A DNA stretch of 64,000 nucleotides from a virus. The notes under the pieces were generated by a model. It made no database searches, was not told where the DNA came from, and was given only the letters and a program-made list of their open reading frames with translations. A program made the position numbers and the translations under genes. Below are positions 45,933-55,460 of this stretch, piece by piece; position 1 is the first letter of the stretch; each line of letters begins with the position of its first letter. Location: the IMG/VR virus record IMGVR_UViG_3300032241_003073, positions 34,315-98,314 of that record; one strand, 5' to 3'.

Positions 45933-46505
45933 ATGCAATTCAAAAATTTTTTAGAAAATTCAGAAAATAATAAAAAACGCATTTTAGTGCTGATCCATCC
46001 AGAATGTTGTGCTGAATTAGGTCCAGATCAAGCAAAAAAATACGTAGAATCACTTACAAGGGATTCTAATAAATTTGATTACATAATAACTCATGCTTTC
46101 ACATCAAGCTCTGATTGGGTTGATAATTCAATTTTGTCAAATGAAAGTAAAGAAGCTTGGAAAATTTTAAGAAAAGTTTCTGAGTCAATTAGTGATGTTT
46201 TTTTATGGAATCCTAAAGACATGTATGGGTGTTCTTACAGCAAAGAATTGCCCGATTATTTAATTGAGAATCCCGAATCCGAAATTTATATGGCGGGAGG
46301 CTATGAAAGCAATTGTTTGTGGATTGCATATCGGCAATTATTTGAAAAATTAAATTGGGTTTTAAAAGAAAACAAAACAAAAGTTCATTATTATAAGCCT
46401 CTTATTTTTACGAATAAAATTTCTGGTTATGCTTATCCCGAACCAAGATATCGTGACGACTTTCATCCTAGTAAAATTTCTTATAAAAATTCATTTGAAA
46501 ATTAA
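45933..46505 (+). CDS. hypothetical, possible cysteine-hydrolase (isochorismatase-like) fold
   Basis: ILVLIHPE, IYMAGGYESNCL; start MQFKNFLE. Confidence 0.45.
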   Translation: MQFKNFLENSENNKKRILVLIHPECCAELGPDQAKKYVESLTRDSNKFDYIITHAFTSSSDWVDNSILSNESKEAWKILRKVSESISDVFLWNPKDMYGCSYSKELPDYLIENPESEIYMAGGYESNCLWIAYRQLFEKLNWVLKENKTKVHYYKPLIFTNKISGYAYPEPRYRDDFHPSKISYKNSFEN

Positions 46506-46541
46506 CATTAAATTTGTTAGTGTTCAAGTGGAGATTTCAAA

Positions 46542-46973
46542 ATGATGTATTTGTCTCATGTCGATAATAGTGAATATGTAATGGCAATTGAATTGGATGA
46601 TAGCTTTTTAAAATATATCAAAGAAATTGAACAAAAATTGTTAGAAACAAATTTGGATATTGCGATTGTTGAAATAACTTTTGATGCAACAAAAGCAAGG
46701 CTAATTGAAGACGGATTCTATCCTTATGAAGATAGGCAAATTCATGCAATAACAAATGGAGAAGACCCATTAGATTATTACCGATTTCATATAAGCAAGT
46801 ATTATTTTCCGAAAGAAGAATATTGGGAAGAACTAAAGCCAGATAAAGTTTATTTGAAATTTTATAATGGCAACTTTTTTGGTTTTCGTTTCATCAAGAA
46901 CACTATTAATGGTCGTGAGGATTATGAAGGAATTTCAATAAGAATTAACGATTGGGAGCATTTTTTATCATGA
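46542..46973 (+). CDS. hypothetical protein
   Basis: GGAG RBS, 143 aa. Confidence 0.6.
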   Translation: MMYLSHVDNSEYVMAIELDDSFLKYIKEIEQKLLETNLDIAIVEITFDATKARLIEDGFYPYEDRQIHAITNGEDPLDYYRFHISKYYFPKEEYWEELKPDKVYLKFYNGNFFGFRFIKNTINGREDYEGISIRINDWEHFLS

Positions 46974-47120
46974 TTCAAACAACTTTTTTTTGGCAATCTC
47001 AGCTTGTTCTAAAGTCATAACGCCAGCCTTTACCATAAGATCAATACGATCTTTTCTTGGCATTAATTTAAATTTTTCCATGGATTCTTTTATTTTTTCA
47101 ACAGATGATTTAGTATTCAT
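46968..47120 (-). CDS. small hypothetical protein (50 aa)
   Basis: Below track cutoff; AGGA RBS; MNTKSSVEKIKE...KKKLFES*. Confidence 0.5.
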   Translation of the reverse strand: MNTKSSVEKIKESMEKFKLMPRKDRIDLMVKAGVMTLEQAEIAKKKLFES

Positions 47121-47352
47121 AATCTATTCCTATCGTTCCTTCTTGATATGCATCAAAGGCTTTTTGAGCAGCACTCGTTAGTTCTTCGGGAGTTAATGGA
47201 TCAATTCCTGTCATGAATTTGATATATTCTAATTTTAAATTATTTTCTTTTAATTGTATATTTAATTCTTTTAATTCTTTTATTTTTCGCTTGAATTCTT
47301 TTATTTCTTTTTTTATTTTATTATTTTTTTCATACGTGGCCACTTTTAACAT
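47110..47352 (-). CDS. coiled-coil hypothetical protein
   Basis: 80-aa K/E-rich ORF. Confidence 0.5.
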   Translation of the reverse strand: MLKVATYEKNNKIKKEIKEFKRKIKELKELNIQLKENNLKLEYIKFMTGIDPLTPEELTSAAQKAFDAYQEGTIGIDYEY

Positions 47353-47456
47353 TTAACAACATTATACTATATTAGTTTTATAAAAGTTAAAAAACAAAAT
47401 AATCGTTAATTTTCATATATAATGTGAACAAAAAATTAAGTTTAATGGGAATTTAA

Positions 47457-48581
47457 ATGCCGCTATACTATCCTCCTTTGGCTCTTACTCTTGGTGGAAA
47501 CACAACAGGAACAGCAACCATTATTAGTAATGGTACAGCTACACTTGCTGGAGGTAATAATATTACACTTTCGATGGCTACAGCAGGAGGCAATGCCATC
47601 ACAATTGTAGGTGGTGGATATCAAGGATATCAAGGCTATCAAGGAGCTTCTGGTTTTCAAGGAGCTGCGGGAACTGGTACTGGTGGTGGAGGAGGTGCCG
47701 CTTTTAGTTTGGTTATAAGTGGAAATACGGCAGGAACAACAGCTTCTGTTTCTTCTGGAACAATGACATTAGTTGGAGGAAATAATATAACTCTATCACA
47801 AAATAATAATGCCATAACCATCAATGCAAATTTATTGACTTATTATAATCCAATTTCAATTCCAGGCACTGCGGCTGTCACATATTATGCGATGAGCAAT
47901 GCAACTTCTGGGTCTATGTCATTATATCCATTTCAGGTTATAGAAGGAATGGCTGCTGAGTATGCTGGAATTGTTGTTTCAATGAATTTTGCCACTATTG
48001 GCACTGCTGCTATGTCGCATACAAGCTCGCTACAATGGGGCATTTATTCCCGTGCAACGGGCAGCAATAGCACACAATTGTCTTTAATGGGAAGTAATTC
48101 ACTTTCAATTGCCTATACTTACAATAATTCCTCAATGACTTTTAATCAGGTCACAACAACAAATGCTTCTGGCGTCTATAGCACAGGATCAACATCGGGC
48201 AACAATGTTAGCTTTTCTTCGGGTTATACTGGGCAAAAGTTAATTTTATTGGGATTAAATTCAACAATTCTTCCTGGTCAATATTGGTTGGGATTGCATC
48301 AAAGAGGTAGCACTTCAGGATCACAAGGTGGATTGGCTATTTCGCTTCAAGCCTATATTGCCAGCGGATTAAGTGGATTGGCTCCATTTGGATCATTTTC
48401 TTCTAATTTTAATTCGGGAACGGCATTGGGCGATGTTGTTGGAGGCCCTTGGTGTTTGGGCGGCTATTATTCCGTCCCAAACATGACAGGATTAACCAAT
48501 CAAATCACACTGAGTCAAATGACTATATCATTGACCGCCAATCAAATTGTTCCAACTCTATTTTTTGCTACGAGGATATAA
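47457..48581 (+). CDS. fibre/appendage-like structural protein, paralog 1
   Basis: GGNNITLS repeats, collagen-like GYQGYQGYQG, G/S/T-rich. Confidence 0.65.
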   Translation: MPLYYPPLALTLGGNTTGTATIISNGTATLAGGNNITLSMATAGGNAITIVGGGYQGYQGYQGASGFQGAAGTGTGGGGGAAFSLVISGNTAGTTASVSSGTMTLVGGNNITLSQNNNAITINANLLTYYNPISIPGTAAVTYYAMSNATSGSMSLYPFQVIEGMAAEYAGIVVSMNFATIGTAAMSHTSSLQWGIYSRATGSNSTQLSLMGSNSLSIAYTYNNSSMTFNQVTTTNASGVYSTGSTSGNNVSFSSGYTGQKLILLGLNSTILPGQYWLGLHQRGSTSGSQGGLAISLQAYIASGLSGLAPFGSFSSNFNSGTALGDVVGGPWCLGGYYSVPNMTGLTNQITLSQMTISLTANQIVPTLFFATRI

Positions 48582-48585
48582 AATA

Positions 48586-49680
48586 ATGCCATTGTATTAT
48601 CCGCCATCTATGAATCTTTCTATTGGAGGAAACACTCAAGGAACTACTTCCATTATAAATTCTGGAACAGTAAATCTTGTTGGCGGAAGCAACATAACAT
48701 TATCAGAAGGATCGCAAGGAATTACTATTATTGGAAATCCACAAGGATTTCAAGGGTATCAAGGCAATATCGGTGCGCAAGGATATCCAGGCGCAGGTGC
48801 AAATGGATTAAATATAACAATTGGTGGAAATACAGCAGGCACAAATGCGATAATTAGTTCTGGGAAAATGACATTTGTTGGTGGAAATAATATAACACTT
48901 TCTCAAAACAATAATGCTTTAACTATAAATGCCAATTTATTAAATTATTATAATCCCACGCCAATTATTCAGAGTCAGGAGTTGATTCTAGGATCAATAA
49001 ATGAAACTCAATTATTTACCAATTCTATTAGTTTAATTCCATTTTCTTTGCCAACGGGAATTGCAGCAGAATATGCTGCAATTCTTGCAGCTCCAAATTT
49101 TACTACTGCATCAAATGCTTTTACACAAACTTGCACTTGGAATTGGGGAATTTATTCCCGTGCAACAGGAACAAACAGCACACAATTATCTTTAATGGGT
49201 AGTAATTCATTTTCATTCGCTGCTGCTTATTCGAGTGGTAATTTGAGTTTTACACAAGTAACAACAACATATGCTGGCGGTTCATATGGAACTGGAACAG
49301 TGAGTGGGGGAACTTCACTAGTTTCAGCATATGGTAATAATTGTATAATGTTTTTAGGATTAAATTCAACTATTCTTCCTGGTCAATATTGGTTTGCTAT
49401 AGGATTAAAAAGTAGTGCAACTACAAATGTAACAACCGGTTCAATCACTGGTTTCGGAAACAGTATATGGGTTAGAAGCATAAATGGTCCGAATCTTTCT
49501 CCTATTGGTTCTACTTCTAAATCTACAGGAACGGCGTTGGGTGATTACGCTAATAATTATCCAGGGTTTGGTTATATTGTTTCGTATAATGGTTCTTTAG
49601 CTAATTCAATTGGATTAAATATTGTGACAAGATTTTTAAGCAATGCTATGTTAATGATGCACTTTAGTTCTAGAGTGTAA
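48586..49680 (+). CDS. fibre/appendage-like structural protein, paralog 2
   Basis: Same MPLYYPP start; shared WGIYSRATG.NSTQLSLMGSNS and LGLNSTILPGQYW. Confidence 0.65.
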   Translation: MPLYYPPSMNLSIGGNTQGTTSIINSGTVNLVGGSNITLSEGSQGITIIGNPQGFQGYQGNIGAQGYPGAGANGLNITIGGNTAGTNAIISSGKMTFVGGNNITLSQNNNALTINANLLNYYNPTPIIQSQELILGSINETQLFTNSISLIPFSLPTGIAAEYAAILAAPNFTTASNAFTQTCTWNWGIYSRATGTNSTQLSLMGSNSFSFAAAYSSGNLSFTQVTTTYAGGSYGTGTVSGGTSLVSAYGNNCIMFLGLNSTILPGQYWFAIGLKSSATTNVTTGSITGFGNSIWVRSINGPNLSPIGSTSKSTGTALGDYANNYPGFGYIVSYNGSLANSIGLNIVTRFLSNAMLMMHFSSRV

Positions 49681-49686
49681 TTTGAA

Positions 49687-49995
49687 CTATACCAGATTTT
49701 CCTCGAAGTCTTCAATTGTTATCTCTACATCTACTGGAGAAACATCTACTGGAGAAGTAATAGATTCGTCGTATTCAATAAATTGTATATCTTTTTTTGA
49801 TTCATAAATTTTACTTATTTCTTCCCAAAAATTTTTAGCGTGATTTTCATTTTGAAAACTTTTATATTGATCCAGAGTTAAAAAACATTGATCTTTTGTC
49901 TCTATAAATGTTTTTAAATAAATCGAATCTATTTCAATATTGTTGGGAAAGTTCACTTTCAGAATATGCTTGGGGCTTTTCTTTAAAATATTCAT
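49687..49995 (-). CDS. hypothetical protein
   Basis: 102 aa; SPVDV tandem duplication. Confidence 0.55.
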   Translation of the reverse strand: MNILKKSPKHILKVNFPNNIEIDSIYLKTFIETKDQCFLTLDQYKSFQNENHAKNFWEEISKIYESKKDIQFIEYDESITSPVDVSPVDVEITIEDFEENLV

Positions 49996-50001
49996 TTCAG
50001 A

Positions 50002-51570
50002 TTATCCTTTTGCTTTTTTCTTTTCGTATGCTATTTTCATTTTCTCACTTCTACAAGTTTTACACATTGAACAATATCCGTCACGCCTACTTTTATCTAG
50101 AGAAAATTCTTCAAATAATTTAATTTCCTTGCATTTGACGCACTGCTTTTTGCCATCGTTTACATGAGGATTTTCTTTTCTGAAATGTATCTTTGGTTTG
50201 CTGCCAGATATCTTACCACCTTCTCTTTCGCAAATATATCGCCCATTTTTCGCTATGTTTCGATCATAGGTTAATCGTAAAGCAGTGTGTCTCTCTTGGC
50301 AAAAATCACACTGAAATTCTACCTTTTCGGTCGCAATTTTTGTGTCGTAATGTTTTTTTGCTTTCTTTTTGTTATTTTCTTTTTGCTTACGAATCCAGTC
50401 TATATTTCCTGTTGTTTCTGCTATGAAGTTTTTTGCCCAATGGATAATGGCACGATCATTTTTCAAACCAGATTGTTGTTCTGTCCAAATTGAAAATTTG
50501 CAACCAATTGAATTGGCATATTTTTCAGTTTCTAAAATTTGTTTCTGTATATCTATTTCTTTTTGAAATCTAGATTCTGGCTTTACTTCTAAAATCTCTT
50601 TTGAATTATTTGTATATGTAACTTCAATGTCTGGATTGCGACTTTTTCCATCGCTATCAACAAATACATCTGCACGCTTAAAATATAAAACATTTTCATC
50701 TTTTTCTAAAAGATAAATACATCTTAATTCATAAGACGAACCATAAAAAATATCAGATTGACACTTTTTAGATGAGAAATAACCTCTGATATGTGAATGT
50801 TTAAAGTCGCCTTTTTGGTTTTGTTCTGCACACTTTTGAGATAATTTTTGTTTCCAAGTTTTTTTAGTAGGATCAAGTGGATAGACCCATCTTTTCTTAC
50901 CTTTGTCCCATATTTTTTTAAGACCACGCAATTCTGCCCATTCAAATTCTGTCATTCCTTCTGGGCATTTTGATGAGGACTTCTTTTGGCTTTGTTTGCT
51001 AATTCTTTTGTGTGGATTTTTAGTGTCTACATAACAGTAATCTGGTTTGTGATTTTTTTCCAATTGAAACTCTAAGACTGCATAAACATTGCCGTTAGTA
51101 AAACGATTGTCGCTAAAACTGATTATTTCTTCATAATTATTATGTTTGGCCCATTCTACACATCGTGCAAAAAGTTTACTTGCGCCTCCCTGAACATGAA
51201 TTCCGTAAGAAATGCAAAATCTATCCAAAACAATTCTATTTTCAAAAACTTGTCGATTGTGGCGACCAAGTGACATCACGCCAATAAGTTCTTTTTCATA
51301 AAATAATCCAAAATAAACCACTCCAAGATTATTTGATCCTTGAATATGATTTTTTGACAAAAACTCTTTCCCCAACTCATTTTGAATTTCTTTAACTATG
51401 CACTTTCTTCCATGTATTTTTCTATCAAAAACTTTGTTTTGAGATTTTATGAAATTCATACATTGTCGTTTTCTTAATAGCCATTCATCTGAAAAAAACA
51501 CAATACCATCAGACCACTGTTTGTTTTCATGATTTTTTGGGTCGGATATGTCTACAATTGTCACTTGCAT
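50002..51570 (-). CDS. multidomain homing-endonuclease-like protein (Hef-like + TnsA/gp4-like PD-(D/E)xK + Zn fingers)
   Basis: NHIQG, GGASKLF, SFSDNRF; SSYELR, NPDI, LEVKP; CVKC and CSMCKTC. Confidence 0.7.
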   Translation of the reverse strand: MQVTIVDISDPKNHENKQWSDGIVFFSDEWLLRKRQCMNFIKSQNKVFDRKIHGRKCIVKEIQNELGKEFLSKNHIQGSNNLGVVYFGLFYEKELIGVMSLGRHNRQVFENRIVLDRFCISYGIHVQGGASKLFARCVEWAKHNNYEEIISFSDNRFTNGNVYAVLEFQLEKNHKPDYCYVDTKNPHKRISKQSQKKSSSKCPEGMTEFEWAELRGLKKIWDKGKKRWVYPLDPTKKTWKQKLSQKCAEQNQKGDFKHSHIRGYFSSKKCQSDIFYGSSYELRCIYLLEKDENVLYFKRADVFVDSDGKSRNPDIEVTYTNNSKEILEVKPESRFQKEIDIQKQILETEKYANSIGCKFSIWTEQQSGLKNDRAIIHWAKNFIAETTGNIDWIRKQKENNKKKAKKHYDTKIATEKVEFQCDFCQERHTALRLTYDRNIAKNGRYICEREGGKISGSKPKIHFRKENPHVNDGKKQCVKCKEIKLFEEFSLDKSRRDGYCSMCKTCRSEKMKIAYEKKKAKG

Positions 51571-51591
51571 GATTTTCTACCTTTGTGTTGT

Positions 51592-51620
51592 ATTATACCC
51601 CAGTTGAAAAGCCCTTTCAA
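51592..51620 (-). promoter_or_regulatory. sigma70-type promoter
   Basis: TTGAAA-N17-TATAAT on minus strand. Confidence 0.7.
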
Positions 51621-51639
51621 GGACAGAAATTAAAATAAG

Positions 51640-51668
51640 TTGAAAGTTTTTGTTTGTTGAGCTATAAT
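51640..51668 (+). promoter_or_regulatory. sigma70-type promoter
   Basis: TTGAAA-N17-TATAAT on plus strand. Confidence 0.7.
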
Positions 51669-51699
51669 AAAATTGTTCAAACAACCAAAGGATTTTCTC

Positions 51700-52845
51700 A
51701 TGTATCTTCAAGATGTTTCTGATGTGCCGTTCACCACTACTTTGATCAAAATCAAATATGATTGTTGCGGTAAGGAGCATGTTTTAAAATGGAAAGATGC
51801 AAAAGCCAACTATGAAAAGAATCAAGGCAAGCATATTTGTCGATCTTGCGGACTCAAAATCAACAATCCTGCACGAAGTGAAAAGGTAAAAGAAAAAATC
51901 AAGAAAACTAATCTTGAGCGATACGGAGCAACGATAGCTTTAAATACCAAAGAAAATATAGCTGCTCGTGTAGAAAAAATGTTCGGCACTGAGGAAGCTA
52001 CAGCAGCAATTGTTGAAAAACGCAAAACAACTTCACAACAGCGTTATGGTGCAGAACACATTATGAAAACTCAAGAAGGAATTAAAAGACTCAAGGAAGC
52101 GATGCAAGAAAGATATGGAGTAGACTTCCCACTTCAATCAGAAGAAATTAAACAAAAAATGAGAGAAACATGTCAAGAACGATATGGAGTTGACAACCCA
52201 GCACAGCTTCCAGAAGTTCAAATCAAAATGGCAAAAACAACTTTAGAAAAGTATGGAGTTGAACATTATAATCAATTGCCCGAAATGAAGGATTATTTAA
52301 GAGAAAATTGCAGAGATTGGCTCAAAGAGGCATGGGCTAATCCTTGGGCAAAAGGCATTATACGCCCAGAGGACTGGAATCAGAAGCAGAGAGAAACTGT
52401 AATGGAATTGATGAACAAGAATGAATGGAAGTCTGGTCCCAAATATTCAATTAAAGGTCATTATCAAAGTCAAAAATGCAAACGATTAAATTCTATGTTT
52501 CGATCTAGTTACGAACTGAAAACTCATTGGCATTTAGATAATGATCCTGAAGTTGAATGGTATGATTATGAACCTTTTAGAGTTTCATACTATGATGTTG
52601 GACAACATAAAAGATATTATATAATTGATTTTATTGTTAAATATAAAAACATTGAAAGACTATTGGCCATAGAAGTGAAAAATGATTATTCAGAGAAATT
52701 AGAACTTGTTTTACTCAAGAAAAATGCTTTTGAAGAAGAGTGTGGAGAGATGATTGATTATGAGATTTGGTCAAATGAAAAGATTAAATCGCTAAATCTT
52801 GAACTTGATGAATTACTTGAATCATCTTTGGTCACGATCATATAA
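51700..52845 (+). CDS. endonuclease with (E/Q)(R/K)YG repeats and TnsA/gp4-like PD-(D/E)xK domain
   Basis: Five (E/Q)(R/K)YG(A/V) repeats; RSSYE, YEP, IDF, IEVK; AAGGA RBS before ATG 51700. Confidence 0.75.
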   Translation: MYLQDVSDVPFTTTLIKIKYDCCGKEHVLKWKDAKANYEKNQGKHICRSCGLKINNPARSEKVKEKIKKTNLERYGATIALNTKENIAARVEKMFGTEEATAAIVEKRKTTSQQRYGAEHIMKTQEGIKRLKEAMQERYGVDFPLQSEEIKQKMRETCQERYGVDNPAQLPEVQIKMAKTTLEKYGVEHYNQLPEMKDYLRENCRDWLKEAWANPWAKGIIRPEDWNQKQRETVMELMNKNEWKSGPKYSIKGHYQSQKCKRLNSMFRSSYELKTHWHLDNDPEVEWYDYEPFRVSYYDVGQHKRYYIIDFIVKYKNIERLLAIEVKNDYSEKLELVLLKKNAFEEECGEMIDYEIWSNEKIKSLNLELDELLESSLVTII

Positions 52846-52862
52846 AAATACCACTCAAAAAT

Positions 52863-52895
52863 AAAAAGACCAGTCATTTCTGACTGGTCTTTTTT
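52863..52895. terminator. bidirectional terminator after major capsid gene
   Basis: aaaagaccagtca / tgactggtctttttt. Confidence 0.8.
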
Positions 52896-52937
52896 AATCA
52901 ATAAATTCTATGCTTGATTTATCAATGCTCGACAAAA

Positions 52938-54374
52938 TCAGATCACAAAATTTGCAATCGACATTCTAGCATAGAATTTAGCACCTTCACGGAGCAATTT
53001 TTTGCCGTATCTTGTTAGAATTCCCTTACGTGGGCAGAAGCTCTCTGGATCGAGAACAACTGGCGTTTGGGTTAGTGGAACATATGGACAGTAGAAATAA
53101 CCCGAATCCATATATGAATCTCCCTTATATCCCATCAAGATTTGATTGGTTGGGAATAGAGGATCTTTATATAGTCTCCAACGGTTGTTAACTGTTCCAA
53201 CATATTGAATGCCCAAGCTGCTAGTGAATGTCTCAGAAGGAGCAGGAGCGAAACCGGCTGTAGCTGTTTCAAAGATAGAAGCGACTTCAGGGCTGGTTAC
53301 GAGCCAGTTAGCTCCACCACGTAGTGTCTTTCTATGGATGACAGCAGATACTTCAACAACTTTGACGTAAAGGCTTTCATACTTTTCTTTGATTGTTTCG
53401 CCTAGTGCTGTATTGAAGTCCCAAGCAGTAACAGTACCAGAGTTGTTACGTAGGTCAGTAAGAACTTCACGGTCGATTTCTAGGTTGATTTCTTGGGCTA
53501 GAACAGCAGTCAATTCGGCTTCGGCATCCAAGTTGTGTTGGCTGCGAAGGTCTTGTTGTGCTTCATAGCTCCAAACAGCCTTTAGCTTACGAGTCTTAGC
53601 AGCAATTTCTTCTGATTCAATAACTAGATTGATTTCAGGAAGATCTTGTTGGCATTCCATGTTGTACTCATAGCTTAAAACAGCACGGTTTGTTCCTGGG
53701 GTGCCATTCCAAGTAAGAGAAAGTTCGCCAGTGTTTAGACTTAGGCTACCATTGGTAACATATGTTGATGGCGATCCAATGCTTGTTAGTGTAAAGCTGC
53801 CGCTTGAAGAAACAACGAATGTTTGAACAGCAGTGCTTCCAGCATAAATGGTTCCTGTTACAGTACCAGCAAGAATTGGGGTGTGTTCTAGTGGAGCATA
53901 GGTCGAAACAACTCCTGTACCTGGATCAGTTGTTGTTGATTCGTTTTGAACGAACTGATGGGTATAGAAGATGTCGAGGTTTGCAGTACCATCAGCGGTT
54001 TGCATTAAGCTGTTGGCATCATCACCTGGGAATCCACCAATATTGTCGGCACCACGAGTTGCACCTTTGTTGCTGCTGTAGCGGAAACGTAGGTAGTAAA
54101 CTAGACCAGTTGGTCCCAATAGTGGTTGAACGCTAACAATCTTGTTGGCGATTAGTTGTGGGTAAATACGACGAACTAGTGGAATGCTGATTCTCTTGAA
54201 TTGAGCAATATCGCCAGTGTCGGTTGAGACTTCGTTCATAAGTCTCTGATTTTCGAGTAGAACTGCTGTAGCAGAACGAGCATACTTATCTTCGATGCCT
54301 TCGAGGAGTCCGGTTCTGCCCCAACGAGATTCTAACTCCTTAGCTTCGTTTAAAAATCTAGAATTTGCGTTCAT
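52938..54374 (-). CDS. major capsid protein (T4 gp23-like)
   Basis: LLENQ, PLVRR, VSVQP, AKTRKLKA.WS.EA.QDL, EINLEIDRE, YCPYVPL, TRYG. Confidence 0.97.
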   Translation of the reverse strand: MNANSRFLNEAKELESRWGRTGLLEGIEDKYARSATAVLLENQRLMNEVSTDTGDIAQFKRISIPLVRRIYPQLIANKIVSVQPLLGPTGLVYYLRFRYSSNKGATRGADNIGGFPGDDANSLMQTADGTANLDIFYTHQFVQNESTTTDPGTGVVSTYAPLEHTPILAGTVTGTIYAGSTAVQTFVVSSSGSFTLTSIGSPSTYVTNGSLSLNTGELSLTWNGTPGTNRAVLSYEYNMECQQDLPEINLVIESEEIAAKTRKLKAVWSYEAQQDLRSQHNLDAEAELTAVLAQEINLEIDREVLTDLRNNSGTVTAWDFNTALGETIKEKYESLYVKVVEVSAVIHRKTLRGGANWLVTSPEVASIFETATAGFAPAPSETFTSSLGIQYVGTVNNRWRLYKDPLFPTNQILMGYKGDSYMDSGYFYCPYVPLTQTPVVLDPESFCPRKGILTRYGKKLLREGAKFYARMSIANFVI

Positions 54375-54418
54375 ATTAATTAACTTTCCTTTATATTAAC
54401 TATTTGGAGTATTACTTG

Positions 54419-55315
54419 TTAGGATGATTTTTTTACACCTGATAGGATCAATAGTTGATCAATATCATTGTTTGTGGGTGCTGCGTATTCCGATAAAACA
54501 ACACCTTCGTCTGCAATTTTGCCTCTCCCCGTTACATTCTTTGCTTTTTCAGATCTTTCTTTCTGTTCCGTGATAAAACTGGACTTTTTGTCACGAGAAA
54601 TTGCCTTACGGCTTTCTGTGATAATTTCTTGAGCTTGTCTTACGCTTTCGTTTAGCTTTGTGTTTTCAGTCGATAGACGAATATTACGAGCTTCCATTAG
54701 GCGAAGTTGGCCCTTCATTTCTTCGATTGATTTGTTTGCTTCGTCTAGCTTGCTAGAAGAAACTGTTGCGAAATCTACATCAGATAGATAATTACTTGTT
54801 AGATCAATGATCTTATCTAGAGTAACCTTGTGTTCAGACATGCGAGGATCATTAAGAACATCTCTCTTGGCTTGTTCGTAAATTTCTTGTCCTTTGAATT
54901 GAAGGAATTGATCAACCTTGTCAACAATGTATTCCTTCATTTCTGCTAGCTTCTTGTCGTATTCTTCATACATTTCGACTTCTAGCGATTGATTTTTGTT
55001 TCTCTCTGTCTTTAGAATTTGATATGCTTCTTCGTATCCTTCTTCTAGTGCGGCCTTGTATTCTTCGCCTTGAACTTCTAAGCGATTTCTAAGATCAGCG
55101 ATAATTGCATAAGCTTCTTCGTATCCCTTTTCTGCTGTTTTTTCAGCAGTTTCTAGTTCGCCTGTAAGCTCTGCATAAGCTTCTTCGAGCTTATCGTTGA
55201 ATTCCTTTTCAAGACTGTTCTTGGTTTCTTCTAGCATTTCCTTTACAGCAGATGCTACTTCACCAACTTCAGCTTCAGGTAACATTCTTTTAAGTGCTTC
55301 TGTGATTTTGTCCAT
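54419..55315 (-). CDS. prohead scaffolding protein (gp22-like)
   Basis: Acidic coiled coil directly upstream of MCP; many (I/L)xE sites. Confidence 0.8.
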   Translation of the reverse strand: MDKITEALKRMLPEAEVGEVASAVKEMLEETKNSLEKEFNDKLEEAYAELTGELETAEKTAEKGYEEAYAIIADLRNRLEVQGEEYKAALEEGYEEAYQILKTERNKNQSLEVEMYEEYDKKLAEMKEYIVDKVDQFLQFKGQEIYEQAKRDVLNDPRMSEHKVTLDKIIDLTSNYLSDVDFATVSSSKLDEANKSIEEMKGQLRLMEARNIRLSTENTKLNESVRQAQEIITESRKAISRDKKSSFITEQKERSEKAKNVTGRGKIADEGVVLSEYAAPTNNDIDQLLILSGVKKSS

Positions 55316-55460
55316 ATTTCCCCTTGCTAATGCTTTTATATATGCATTTATAAATAAATTTTTAAAAATTTATTTCGCCAAAACTAGCATTCTTAACCTA
55401 AATGCTAGTGTTTACTTGCATATAATACATATGCAGCAGTTTTATTTTTTTAGAGAAAAA

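Noticed and set aside
49731-49755. 15-bp-period tandem duplication (SPVDV twice)
   Set aside because: Simple in-frame slippage duplication with no evident significance.
50002-52845. Tn7-like transposon suggested by TnsA-like domains
   Set aside because: No TnsB/TnsC or terminal repeats seen; the domain is common in phage nucleases.
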